64,000 nucleotides of DNA from Parasitella parasitica NRRL 2501 (taxonomy: Eukaryota > Fungi > Mucoromycota): assembly GCA_025201805.1 (NCBI GenBank), contig MU619277.1, forward strand, positions 90,507 to 154,506, given 5' to 3'. Shown here one piece after another: positions 24,691 through 36,818 of the stretch. The notes beneath the pieces were generated by a model. The model did not search any database. It was not told the origin of the DNA and saw only the letters and a program-made list of their open reading frames with translations. The number at the start of each line of letters is the position of its first letter. The first letter of the stretch is position 1. Position numbers and translations under genes: made by a program.

Positions 24691-25439
24691 AACGACTCTT
24701 TTTTTTTTCTTGCAATAAAACAACCCATTTTGCGTAACAGTTTCGCACCTACTATTTTACAACAATACCCTTTTTATAATGCTCAGGGCAATCAGGAGCA
24801 CGCTAAATTTGGAGGAACCAATTGTACACGTCTCGAGTATCATACCTCAACGAATGCATATCTCAAAGATAGATTGATAATGAAGAAAGAATGAATGGTT
24901 TCGCAACAAAGCTTGTGGTTATGGATCACCAAGAAAGAATTTGCTTGTTAGATCTGAACCAGGATGACACTTTAAATATAGGTTGAAGTTTCTGCAAGTT
25001 GAGTTAGATTTAAATAAGCTGATATGCTGTAGAATATGGCTTCAAAGTCTTGAGATTACGTTTCTGTGGTCTGTGTTGGTGATACAATTTGGACTCTTGC
25101 GGTATCAGAAAAAACTGAATCTAAGGAGTCATGTTAACGACTCACTTTTTTCATCGAGACATTGGGAGTCTGTGTGTAAGTTTTTAGTCTATTGTAGAGT
25201 AGATTACTTTTTGTTTTTTAGCACATCCATTTCCATAAGCTCCTCTACTACTGCAGCGACCATTGATACATCCTATTCTACCCCTAGTTTGTTGGTAAAC
25301 TACAAAATCAATCATGTTTTTTTAAACTTCAAACCTTTGTATTGATAGAGTTCAGACAGTCACCAGCATTTGTTGGGCTGATGTGCTTTTCTATTTCAAC
25401 ATTTCTTTTTCTTTTTACAACAGTTATTTAAAAGCAATC

Positions 25440-27052
25440 ATGGAGCATGTATTAATGTGGGATGAAAGTAGAGTGACTAAATGGATGTCTGGTATTGGCT
25501 ATTCTTCATATGAAAAACTATTTAAAGGTAATATCATGATTTTCATCATGATGTTGGTTATTGATATTCCCTTTTCAGAACAAGGCATCACGGGAGATGT
25601 TCTCGTCAATCTTGATCATGAATCATTGCGAGATCTATCCATACTCACAGTAGGGCAGAGAATGGATTTGCTGAAGAATATTTACCAATTGAAAATGCAT
25701 TATCGAGTCCCTGTGAACGAATGGGACTACATACCACCAAGTATGTTGTGTTGTTTCTATTGGAATCGAATGATACTAATCCGATTTATAGGTGTTTTAT
25801 ATGAAACTGTAAAAAAAAAAACTGTGTCATTTATTCACACGACGATCCATATTTAAAGTTTTTATTGTTTATTGTAGGATTGGTTAGGACAAAATGGAAT
25901 GGCAGACTACAGAAAGATTGAAGCAGCATTTCAGGAACGAGGTGAGGCTGCTTGCATGCGGGACAAAAGTGGGTAACTTTATTCATATTTTTGTTAGATG
26001 CCCGTATAAAAAGATTGACCGAGGATTTGCAGAGAATGAACCTTGATATGACTATATTAAAAGAAGAAATTGGACATATAATAAAGCTAAAAGACAAAAA
26101 GGTTAGACATTCGTGATCAGGAACTAGGGAGAAGTTGACTTTTTTTTTTTAGTCACCCCTGGATGGCAATGGTATGAAATCATCCACGCCAACAAAAACA
26201 TCTTATCACAGCACCAGCAGTAAACATGTCAACTCACCCACAAAGATCAACAATAGCGATCATCATCACAACAATAAGCCTTCAACGGACGAGAAACTCA
26301 CGCCCAATGTAATGATCAACGATGGCGGAGCAATCAAGGTGTATGGAGACAAGATATCCAAAATTGAGCATGAGCCAGAGTCGTCTAAAAACGTTCGATT
26401 GTTGCTTGATGATCCCACATCCAAAGTGATTACATCTGCACTTAAAAAGTACAATGTTGTGAGCGATTGGCAACAATACGCTTTATGGATCCAGTACGGC
26501 CTACACGATAACATGCAAGGTAAATATTTGTAAACAAGCAAACAAATCATTAATACTAATCTAGCAACATCATTAGAACGCGCTTTAGGTTATGACGAAC
26601 GGCCTTTAAGAATCTCGCAAAAACTAAAAGAAGCTAAGCAGAACCCAGTTTTTGTACTAAAGCATGTTAAAGATAACAAACCGTTCATTCCACCAAGCTA
26701 CAGCAACCCCAGGCCTGCCCCACCCAAACCTTATGATAGCAATAGTAAATCGTACAATAATAACAATAAATCATCGTCGCCACTTACTAATACCAATACA
26801 ACAACATCGACTGCAACTATGGCAACGACAACGCCTCCTTTGTCTGGAAAGGGTGGGTTTGAAGTGACAATTCCCGCTGCGTCTTCTTTCGTTGCATCCC
26901 CCACTACCTTGTCACCTTCCTCTGCAAAAAAAACCCCTCCACTGCCAGCGCCAGCCCCTCCACCGCAGCCTTACACGAATGAACTTGGTCTAGACAATGC
27001 CATTGTCAATGCCATCTTCTCCATCAATAACGACACAACACAGAACCCATAG
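25440..27052 (+). CDS. STE50: STE50-like MAPK adaptor (SAM + coiled coil + Ras-association domain)
   Basis: SAM WDESRVTKWM...GITGDVLVNLDHESLRDL...VGQRMDLLK; RA DDPTSKVITSALKKYNV...WQQYALWIQYG...ERALGYDERPL...PVFVLK. Confidence 0.9.
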
Positions 27053-27187
27053 GAAATAAAAGCCGGGTGAAACTATAAATTTTTTTTTGCATGAAACCAT
27101 CCAAATGGAGTTCCAATGAGCTGATTTATGTGGCCAGATATTGGAAGCGAATCAATCATGTAATAAAACAGAGAGTTCCCAGTGCCA

Positions 27188-27230
27188 AACACACACACAC
27201 ACACACGCACACACACTCTCACGCACGCCC
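27188..27230 (+). repeat. (CA)n microsatellite upstream of eEF3
   Basis: ACACACACACACACACACGCACACACAC. Confidence 0.85.
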
Positions 27231-27325
27231 GCTTCCTTTTTTCTATTAGAATAATTGTCTCCTCCTTTTTCTTTTTTTCTTTTTCCTTCTTCTCTTTACC
27301 CTTTGACTGATAATTTCTTTTAACT

Positions 27326-30300
27326 ATGGATATTCCCAACTCCAGTACTGCTACTGGCGCCGCAAGAGCCGCCGATCGTAGTAAGCGTCGCTCGTTGACA
27401 GAGCTTCAAAAGCCTAAGCGTTTCCGTATTGGTGAAAAGGAATCTGAAGAGGCAAAGCAAGCTTTGAACAAATTACTGGCTGCCACTGATGAGGCTGAAC
27501 GAAAGCAATTGGCTGAACAATGTGCTGGTTTCGCCAACCATTATGGTGTCCTCGCTCTCAAAACTGGTCATATTTGGCCCGCTATCTCTACTGAGCTCTT
27601 TGCCAAGAAGATCCGCTCCCCTCAAGTCCTGGGTGCTCTTGCTTTGACTCAAGCGTTGATTACGTCCAATGCTCTTTTACGCGGCCAACTTGAACCTCAT
27701 TTGATTACCTTGTTGAATCCTCTTCTGGAACTGCAAGGCGGTAAGGACAAGGCCATTTCTGAAGTTTCTGCTGACGTTGCTCGTAATCTGGTCAAAGCCT
27801 TCAATCCCATTGCCACTCGTCATGTCATATCCTATTGTCTTGAAGGTCTCGAAAATTCCAAAAAATGGCTTACAAAGATGCTCTCTCTTGAGATCATTGA
27901 AATTCTGGCTACTATCAACCCCATGCAAGTTTTGGTGTGTTTGCCTGTTGTGATTCCTGTGGTTTCTGACTGTATGTGGGATACCAAGCCCGATGTCAAG
28001 AAGGCTGCCACAAATTGTATGACTACCATCACTGCTCTCTTGGATAACAAGGATATTGAACGTTTCATTCCTGCTGTTATTGAATGTATCAACAATCCTG
28101 AAAAAGTGCCAGAAACTATTCATCAGTTGGGTGCTACTACTTTTGTCCAAGAAGTCGATGCTGGAACTTTGGCGTTGATGGTCCCTCTTTTGAGCCGTGG
28201 CCTAAAGGAGCCTAAAACTCCTATCAAGCGTAAGTCTGCTTTGATTATCGACAACATGTGTAAGCTTGTCGACGACCCTGAGGTGGCCGCTCCTTTCCTG
28301 CCTCTTTTGCTGCCCGGCCTTGAGCATGTGCATGAAACTGTTGCCGACCCCGAATGTCGCGGTGTTGTCAAGAAGGCTATTGAGACTTTGAAGCGTATTG
28401 GTGGTGGCGCTGATACCGCTACTGTCTTGAGTAACGAACAGAAGCGTGAAAAGGTCGAGAGCACCTTGGACAAGCTTATGACTACAAAGCTTGAAGGTTT
28501 CTTTGCCCCTGTTCGCAAGTATATGGCTAAGCTTTCTTTGGCACTTGTTTTGGCCCGCGACTACGATCGTAATGCTTGGATTGCTTCTATGTCTCCTCAT
28601 GCTGCTACCTGGCTCTTGGTTACTGGTCGTGAAAAAGAAGACGGAAGCGAGGAACTTGACTCTTCTGCTGAAAAGCTTGCTTTGGCCATTCTCTCTTCTT
28701 GTGAAGAAGCCATTGCTCCCAAAGACACTGAAGAAGAGGAACTCGAAGAAGGAGAGGAACTCTGTAACTGTGAGTTCTCTCTTGCTTATGGTGCCAAGAT
28801 TTTGTTGAATCGTACTCATTTGCGTTTGATGCGTGGTCGTCGTTATGGTCTCTGTGGTGCTAATGGTTGTGGTAAATCCACTTTGATGCGTGCTATTGCC
28901 AACGAACAAGTCGAGGGCTTCCCTCCTCGCTCCGTTTTGAAGACTGTTTATGTCGAACATGATATCGATGGTTCTGAGGCAGATACTGGTCTTGTTGATT
29001 TCATTGATGCTTCTGAAGGTGTCGAGTGTCATGACAAAGCAGAAATTGCTCGTATCCTCAAGAATTACGGTTTTACCGATGAAATGGTCAACCATCAAGC
29101 TATTGGCTCTCTTTCTGGTGGCTGGAAGATGAAGCTTGCTCTTGCTCGTGCCATGTTGATGAATGCTGATATTCTTCTTCTCGATGAACCTACCAATCAC
29201 TTGGATGTTGTTAACGTTGCTTGGTTGGAGAACTATCTCTTGGGCCTCAAGACTGTCACGTCGATCATCGTATCTCACGATTCTGGTTTCCTCGATCACG
29301 TTTGTACTGATATTATCCACTATGAGGGCAACTACAAGTTGAAGCGTTATCGGGGTAATCTTTCAGAGTTTGTCAAGAAAGTTCCTCGTGCTGCTGCTTA
29401 CTATTCTCTGGGTGCTGCTCAAACCGTTTTCAAGTTCCCTGAACCAGGATATCTTGAGGGTATCAAGACTAAGGAACGTGCCATTTTGAAGATGAAGAAT
29501 GTTGATTTCCAATATCCTGGTTCTTCTAAGAAGCAATTAGTCGACATTTCTATGCAATGTTCTCTTGCCTCTCGTGTTGCTGTTATTGGTCCTAACGGCG
29601 CTGGTAAGTCCACTTTGATCAAGCTGTTGACTGGTGAGCTTGAGTCTGAAGTTGGCACTGTCTGGAAGCATCCCAATTTGCGTATTGCCTATGTCGCTCA
29701 GCACGCCTTTCACCATATTGAAAAGCATTTGGATATAACTCCTAATGAGTATATTCAATGGCGTTATGCTACTGGCGAAGATCGAGAAGAACTTGACAAG
29801 AATGATCGTATGAATGAAGGGGCTAACAAGAAGGCCTTGGAACAAGTCTTTATCATTGATGGCGAGAAGCGTACTATCGAGGAACTTGTTGGCCGAAGAA
29901 AGCTCAAACAATCTTATGAATATGAAGTCTCTTGGGTCGGTCGTTCTTCTGTCGATAATACTTGGATTTCTCGTCAAAAGCTTGAAGATATGGGTTTCGG
30001 TAAGAAGATTGCTGAGGTCGACTCTGCTGAAGCTGCCAAGATGGGTCTCAATCGTCCTTTAACTGCTAAGGAAATTGAAAACCATTTGGAAGAGGTTGGA
30101 CTTGAGCCTGAGTTTGCTTCTCACTCTCATATTCGTGGTCTTTCTGGCGGTCAAAAGGTCAAGCTCGTTATTGGTGCTGCCATGTGGAACAAGCCTCACA
30201 TGTTGGTTCTTGACGAACCTACGAATTACTTGGATCGTGAATCTCTCGGTGCTCTTGCAACTGCTATTCGTGAATATGGTGGTGGCGTCGTTATTGTTAC

Positions 30301-30577
30301 TCACAACCGTGAATTTTCTGAAGCTCTTTGTAACGAAGTATGGATGGTTGATGATGGTCATTTGACTCCTTCTGGTCACAATTGGGTTTCGGGCAATGGC
30401 GGTACCCAAATCAAGGAAGAAGAACAAGAAGATCAGGTTGATGCTCAGGGTAATACTGTCAAGGCTACTCAAAAGAAGAAGAAGTTGACTTCCAAGGAAC
30501 TTCGCAAAAAGAAGAAGGATCGTATGGAACGTCGCAAGCGTGGCGAGGAAGTTTATACAACAGACGAGGAATTGTAA
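27326..30577 (+). CDS. YEF3: Translation elongation factor 3 (HEAT repeats, two ABC cassettes, chromodomain insert), single exon
   Basis: FSLAYGAKILL, GANGCGKST, LSGGWKMK, LLDEPTNHLD, GPNGAGKST, LSGGQKVK, basic C-terminal tail. Confidence 0.97.
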   Translation: MDIPNSSTATGAARAADRSKRRSLTELQKPKRFRIGEKESEEAKQALNKLLAATDEAERKQLAEQCAGFANHYGVLALKTGHIWPAISTELFAKKIRSPQVLGALALTQALITSNALLRGQLEPHLITLLNPLLELQGGKDKAISEVSADVARNLVKAFNPIATRHVISYCLEGLENSKKWLTKMLSLEIIEILATINPMQVLVCLPVVIPVVSDCMWDTKPDVKKAATNCMTTITALLDNKDIERFIPAVIECINNPEKVPETIHQLGATTFVQEVDAGTLALMVPLLSRGLKEPKTPIKRKSALIIDNMCKLVDDPEVAAPFLPLLLPGLEHVHETVADPECRGVVKKAIETLKRIGGGADTATVLSNEQKREKVESTLDKLMTTKLEGFFAPVRKYMAKLSLALVLARDYDRNAWIASMSPHAATWLLVTGREKEDGSEELDSSAEKLALAILSSCEEAIAPKDTEEEELEEGEELCNCEFSLAYGAKILLNRTHLRLMRGRRYGLCGANGCGKSTLMRAIANEQVEGFPPRSVLKTVYVEHDIDGSEADTGLVDFIDASEGVECHDKAEIARILKNYGFTDEMVNHQAIGSLSGGWKMKLALARAMLMNADILLLDEPTNHLDVVNVAWLENYLLGLKTVTSIIVSHDSGFLDHVCTDIIHYEGNYKLKRYRGNLSEFVKKVPRAAAYYSLGAAQTVFKFPEPGYLEGIKTKERAILKMKNVDFQYPGSSKKQLVDISMQCSLASRVAVIGPNGAGKSTLIKLLTGELESEVGTVWKHPNLRIAYVAQHAFHHIEKHLDITPNEYIQWRYATGEDREELDKNDRMNEGANKKALEQVFIIDGEKRTIEELVGRRKLKQSYEYEVSWVGRSSVDNTWISRQKLEDMGFGKKIAEVDSAEAAKMGLNRPLTAKEIENHLEEVGLEPEFASHSHIRGLSGGQKVKLVIGAAMWNKPHMLVLDEPTNYLDRESLGALATAIREYGGGVVIVTHNREFSEALCNEVWMVDDGHLTPSGHNWVSGNGGTQIKEEEQEDQVDAQGNTVKATQKKKKLTSKELRKKKKDRMERRKRGEEVYTTDEEL

Positions 30578-31189
30578 AGTCTTTTTTTGTAGATTATTTA
30601 TTTCGTTCTTCATATACATACTCTTGCTCCTCTTCTATTAAAGTTTATTTTAAGCTCTTATTATAGTGGCGTATTATTATCTATCAAGTGTTGCATCAAT
30701 CAGGAAAACGTGGGTATATACTTACCTACTGGTTTAAAGCAAAACAATTGAGAAAAGGGAGCTCAATAAAGAAAGAAATGGACGAAGTTGATGACTGATG
30801 TTATACTTGCTTGATACTAGAAGAATTTGATTTTCATAAAGGCCACTTCGTTTTGTCTTTCTAAGAGTGGCCAAACAGATTTTTTCAAGGTTAGTGAGAT
30901 TTAGTTGGGTAGTCTGTTTGATTCACCAAGAAAATGCGCTTCCTAGACTTTCTTTTTCTTTTTTCCCAAGTTGATATGAATACCGTTATGATACAGTAGT
31001 TATAATTTGAGTAGACCCTCATGCATATAATAGTTTTTTATGATTAAATGAGGTGCGAAAGTCAAGAGCACTGTCGATAGCTACATTTTTCTTGTCTTAC
31101 CGAATAGTATTATTGAAAATGATTCATTGGGAGCTTTAGTATTCTTCTTTCTTAAGAAATAAATTATTACAGACTTGTACAATATCTGC

Positions 31190-31325
31190 AATGCTATAGA
31201 TTTGCTCATGACATGCTATAGACATGCTACATATACAGATATGTACCAAGACGAACACCAAGTGATATACACTCAGACATGCACTATTAATATAGACTAA
31301 GTAAGACTATACTAGACATTCTATA
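31190..31325. repeat. Degenerate short repeats (AGACATGCTAT-like)
   Basis: ATGCTATAGA, GACATGCTATA, GACATGCTAC, AGACATGCAC, TAGACATTCTATA. Confidence 0.45.
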
Positions 31326-32094
31326 CGCTTATGGATCGATATTAGTAAATTTCGTATGGAAAATTGATCAGCGTACCTCGGGTAAAGTCTATCTTCTCAT
31401 TCAGATAATAGATCCAAGATATCTTTAGTCTCCTGAGATGTCGTTTAGCTCGAAATTAAAGCTGCTAATGAATCAGAATTGTCGTGTACGTTAAATTATG
31501 ATGATGGAGCATTTATCCATAGCTTAACTATATAGAGGTTTATATACCTGGGCAGTAGATGAACTGGATCATTATGCACTTTTCGATTTGATAATAAAAC
31601 CTATGCATTTACCAACTTCACAATTATATTTTTTTATTTTCATTTATTCCAGTGAATCTATATGACATCTTATATCGAATCCACAATCTTTGCCGCAATA
31701 TAAGCATTTAATGATCAGATATTGAATTCCTCAGCTATATGTGTGTTGATTTAAAATCTGGTTTTATGATCGATAAGTATAAACAATGATAAATAACACA
31801 TTATAGCGATAGTATCTTCAAACAGGAGACGGAAAACAAAAACACGTGATTATATTTCAACCTCCAACACAGAAATCCGAAAAACGTTTGATAGGGACAT
31901 TGCCCAGTAGAAACCAAGGTATGCTCAGATAGCGATGATTATGCCTGATCTTAAGGCTCATAAGACAGTGTTTATTTTGCTATTTATGGTAGCCCATCAG
32001 CATTTATATGCGATTTTGGTATGGTTTCTGCAGATAACTTTCTAGATAATCAAGTAATGTTTAAAAAAAATTTAGATCAAATCTTATCGATAAT

Positions 32095-32290
32095 TTATTA
32101 TAATTGGTATAATACGTCATAAGTGAGCATGAACAGAACGTGGTATGAAGGGACTACTTCATTAAGACATGGCAAAGAGACGTGAATGGCGCCGTTGAGT
32201 GGCTGTAGATCTTAATCCTGGGAAGATTGGTACTAGCCTATGACACTTTGATCCTGAAAATGGGGTTAAATCCTGATGGTGTTCTTACAC
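32095..32290 (+). mobile_element. Highly eroded second Fanzor-like remnant with downstream hairpins (ghost locus candidate)
   Basis: Collinear relics YNTS*VS (32108-32128; cf. DEYNTSKVC), KGLLH (32148-32162) and KTWQRDVNGA (32164-32193; RuvC-III), then two hairpins at 32201-32238 and 32242-32283. Confidence 0.5.
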
Positions 32291-32537
32291 TATAATTTTA
32301 TTATAAAGAACAATCTATCATTTTTTACGCATTTGGGCTCTTGTCTTACTGGGACAGATACAAATAGCCAAATCTTAGGAAATTCTATGTCACGGCTACG
32401 GTGATTCGCTCAAACTCTTATTGATATAGTGAATCTAACTTGGAACCGCCTGTATAAAGATGGTCAATAACTCTCTTTATTTAAAAGTTGATTGTTTGCA
32501 AGTAAGAGAGAGAGGGTACTTTTTTTTTTGTTTCTAA

Positions 32538-34056
32538 TTAGTCTATCAAAATAGTTTGCCCAAATGCAGTTGTTATAAATTTAGTAGATGTAATATTCAC
32601 TCCTTTGCTATTGACAGCAACGGTCGGTGAAATAGATGAAGCAATCGAATCGTCGTCTTGATCCACCACTTGTGTCTGATTCTTCAAGTCATTTGTATAT
32701 TTTTGCCAAATACTGTCTAATGTTTGTCTAGGAGCTAAATAGTGCTCATCCGACATCATAAATGTACCCCAGTGAATGCCAACTGACACGCGAGGACAGC
32801 CCAAGTCGAAATGTGCTTTGATAGCATCTTCAGGACCCATGTGAAGATGCTTCATTAACTGTGTAGGCATGAAACTACCAATTGGAATAGCTGCTAGAGT
32901 GATAGGAGCATACAGGTTACCAATAGCCTTGAATAGCTCAGGAGAATAGCCAGTGTCACCACTAATTTTTTATTAGTTGATTCATGCACTTCTGTATAGA
33001 TGGCGAGCTTACCAAAAGAAGATCTTGTCGTTTTTTGCTTTAATAACATAGCTGCACCAAAGCGTGTTATTTTTTTCAAAAGGTGTTCGTGATCCACTCC
33101 AATGCTATGAAAAGTAATCAATACTTCTGCGTCAATGTTTGTATAACTGATTTTACCATTGCAGGCACACAAGCAATCATTAAGTCAGAGTTTTTATGAC
33201 AAACCTCCTGCCACCAGTCCAATTCTACGATGTTGGTTACACCTCTAGTTACGAACCAGTTTTTCAAACCAAGGGGGATATACCAAACAACAGAATTTCC
33301 CAGCTTTTTCACGGCAGATTCATCCAAATGGTCAAAATGATCATGAGAAACTACAACTATATCCACATTATCGACAAAATCCTCTAATGGACAAGGTATA
33401 GGCCTTAATCTTTTGGGCCCAAAATAATCGTTAATCGAGCATTTGCTAAACACAGGATCAGACAAGATAGTCAAACCGTCAATTGTCATAAGACAGGTGG
33501 ATTGACTGGAGTAGTACAGAAAAAGCCCCATCAATACAGTGTCAAATAAAAATATTTTTATACCTTACCCAAACCAGGTGAATGTTACCGATTTGCTTGC
33601 GTTTTTAATTTGATTCAAGTTTGGTTTCATCACGGGTAGTGTTCTTTCGAGTTCCTACAGTGCAATTCATCATTTATACGTCTTTCAAGATAAAACATAA
33701 GCAAAGCTTACCTTTTCACATTTAGGTATGCCATTGCCTTTCCATCTGCCCATCCAGAACAATACAGTCTTGTAAAATGGAATTTCTGTCCATTCATCGA
33801 AAGGGTTTACAAAGCGCTTTTCAATGCGCAAACTGGCATATTTCTCTTCTGGCCGTTTAAGTGATTTCCTTTTATTTATACCTTTTTGACGGAGTATTTC
33901 GATGTCATGATGATGTTGAGTGCTTGATTTGTGATACCAGTAGTAGGCAATAGCTGTAGCAGCAGCAGTTACAGTAACTAAAACTGCTGTTTGGTGATGG
34001 CAGTAGAATTTATAGGCAAGGTTGCTGCTTTTCACTCGTTTCAATACTTGAGGCAT
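32538..34056 (-). CDS. NAPEPLD: N-acyl-phosphatidylethanolamine phospholipase D (metallo-beta-lactamase fold, NAPE-PLD/Fmp30-like)
   Basis: FVNPFDEW, TWFG|QST, SDPVFS, VSHDHFDHLD, ELDWW, HWSG, GDTGYS, HMGPEDA, GIHWGTF. Confidence 0.93.
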
Positions 34057-34316
34057 CGTATAAGAGCAAAACAGGGAAAGAGAAGAACCTGCAAATAGCT
34101 TTTTTCTAGAGGTACTTGATATTTTCTTTATCCTTTCCGCCATTGTTTGTTGTTTTTTCTTTTAATTTAAGAAAAAAAAGGGGGTAGGGTACGGAGAGGA
34201 GAGTCTCTTTTTATACAAATGTAGAAAAAACAGTGCAATTGTTTGTCTATATTACCAATTGGCGAACATGAAACTTTATTCCACACTGAAAACTGGAATG
34301 AAACAAGACATTATCA

Positions 34317-36160
34317 TTAAAGGTATTGTTTAAGTTGTGTAGGCAATGGTGTTACCATGGCAATTGATTTGTTTGAGAGCATGTTAGCAAAAGATTTTAA
34401 TAAATGTTGATGTTCCTACAAAACAGCTGTTTGAGACCCTTATCAGATTGTAATCAATAACACAGCGCCTTACCTGATTGATAAATGTGATTGCCCACCC
34501 CCTTTGCTGCTTTGCATTCTCTGGTAATGGTTTTTGCAAGATGGCACGGCCAATACGATGCACATAATCATCTAACGTGGCGGCCATATCATAATTGATG
34601 ACAAGCCGCACAGATGGTAAATCGATGCCCCGTGCCAACACGTCTGTTGAAACAATGACATCCCATAATGGTTCTGTTTGATTGATCCCCGCGATAATTA
34701 TCGCCCTTTCCTCCTGCGTTTTATCTCCATGCATGGCAACCACTCGTAGATGAGGATTTCGTTTTTTTATAGCTCTGCTTAAAAACTCTGCTCCAAGTCG
34801 ACTGGCAACAAACACCAGAATAGGTATCACAAAATACTTGGGATCTCTTAAAATAGAGTATAGACGTTTTGCTTTACTTTTGTTTTCCACCCAAAGAATT
34901 GTTTGTCGTACTTGGTCACTTGGTTCAGGCAATCTCACCATCTTTTTCTGCTGCTCTACTTTGACTTCAATGGGCAATACAAGTTGATCGTACAGTTTCT
35001 TGAGCATTTTGTCATTGCTCATAGTAGCTGAAAAATATGATGTCTGTCTAGGAGTTTTGTCCTCCAATTTACCCAAAATTTGCTTCACCTGAGTACCAAA
35101 CCCTAAACTAAACATGGCATCCGCTTCATCCAAGACAATCATACGAATTTTCCATAAACGTAGCAGTTTTGGATGGTGAGTGACCACATCTAAAATACGA
35201 CCAGGAGTTCCAATGATAACTTGAACCCCTTTTTTCAATCTATGCAACTGATTTGGCAAAGGTTCTCCTCCGATCAATAAACCTGTACGCATATTACGAA
35301 GTCTCATTGCCAGCTTTTTCATTACATTTTCGATTTGGCAACATAGTTCTCGGGTAGGTGCCATGATCATGGCGTAGGGCCCAGACCGACGCTTATAATC
35401 ATCCATCACAGAAAGAGATACACAATGAACTAGCATAGGAATACAGAAAGCTGCCGTTTTTCCACTGTGGGTGGGTGCAATGACCATTGCATCTCGCCCT
35501 GCAAGTCCAATGGTTACGGCTTGCCGTTGCACACCTGTAGCCGTAGACCATCCCATGGATTCAATATTGTGGAGAATAGTATCGCCTAATATGGTTGCAA
35601 GCTGATCATAGGTGCTAAATGGTTTCGGTATATTGCTTCCTATTATTTGTACTTCATGTGCTTTTAGCATTTGATTGACTTGCTGTGTACTCATGCTTGC
35701 AATTGAAGGCGGTTCTCGGTAGTTCGTTAGTTTGGCGTGTACATTAGCTGCAACATAATCTCGAATATGTGTGACAATCATTGGCTTTTTGGCCTTTTTC
35801 TTCACTAGTTTGTGTTGGCTTAAATCCGTATTAATTGCTTTGCATTGCAAACTATTTTCGTAGATGAATAATCTTATCATAGTTAGCTTTATCTGCTAGT
35901 CACCTGCATATGTCATGATTGGTATCATTATTGATATATTCGCCGTACTTTCCACACACAACACAAATTGGTTCATCTGGTAAAGCCAATCGCTGATCTG
36001 AAGAAAATTGCTTCACGTATTCTTCTTCCTCGTCATCTATCCCATCACTCTCTAAGCTAGGGCCATTTTGTGTAGAACCTGAATAAATTCTTTTGTTGTT
36101 TGAATAGTATTCGCTATTGTCATCTTGGCTATATTTTCGTTTTGCAACAAAAGAGTTCAT
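34317..36160 (-). CDS. DDX59: DEAD-box RNA helicase DDX59 with N-terminal HIT-type zinc finger
   Basis: [20 protein letters not shown]|SLQCK zinc finger, [35 protein letters not shown]. Confidence 0.9.
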
Positions 36161-36818
36161 AAGGGTAAAAAAAAAAAGATATTGCAGGGAGAACTTGAAA
36201 TTTTACACTTTGTTTACGTCTGATGTTTAGAGACACCACAGAGTGTTTTCTCAAGATTACCGTTATACAGTGCTTCACCGTGAGATCCATGTATCTTTCA
36301 AGATATAGGATCACAGTATCATTATTGACCAATGCTGAAGTTCCCAAGCTCATAATGTAGATAGCAGATCTTGGATTTGTTATCATGAAAAATGTTCTCA
36401 CTTTACAAAAAATAACTTGAATGATCACAAAATCTTGAATCCTATTTTTGAACGCAAATCGCTGAAGTTGCAGCTTTCTTTCCTCTACTGTAATGTGGCT
36501 ATATTGATTTTATTTTTTGTATCATGATTTTGCTTTTTTTGATATCACAATGACAGTAAACGACATGTTTCAATTGGTATATACCAAGTTTTAAATACTT
36601 GAAACTCTCACGAAAGAGCCATAGAATCTTAATGATAGGATACTAGCTGTGTTTAACTGTAAACTGGTATACTGTATCCAATGTGTACCTTGATCACAGT
36701 CAACAGAATACGATGCATAAAGAGTAAAAAAGGTCACAGCTATTCTAAAAAAAAAAAAAAAAAAAAATGTCAATTAGTTTTACTTGCACCGTCTGTTTCC
36801 TTTGATTTAAACTTCACC

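Noticed and set aside
28202-29320. 372-aa antisense ORF, and other antisense ORFs inside eEF3
   Set aside because: Explained by the strong codon bias of the highly expressed sense gene; no recognisable motifs
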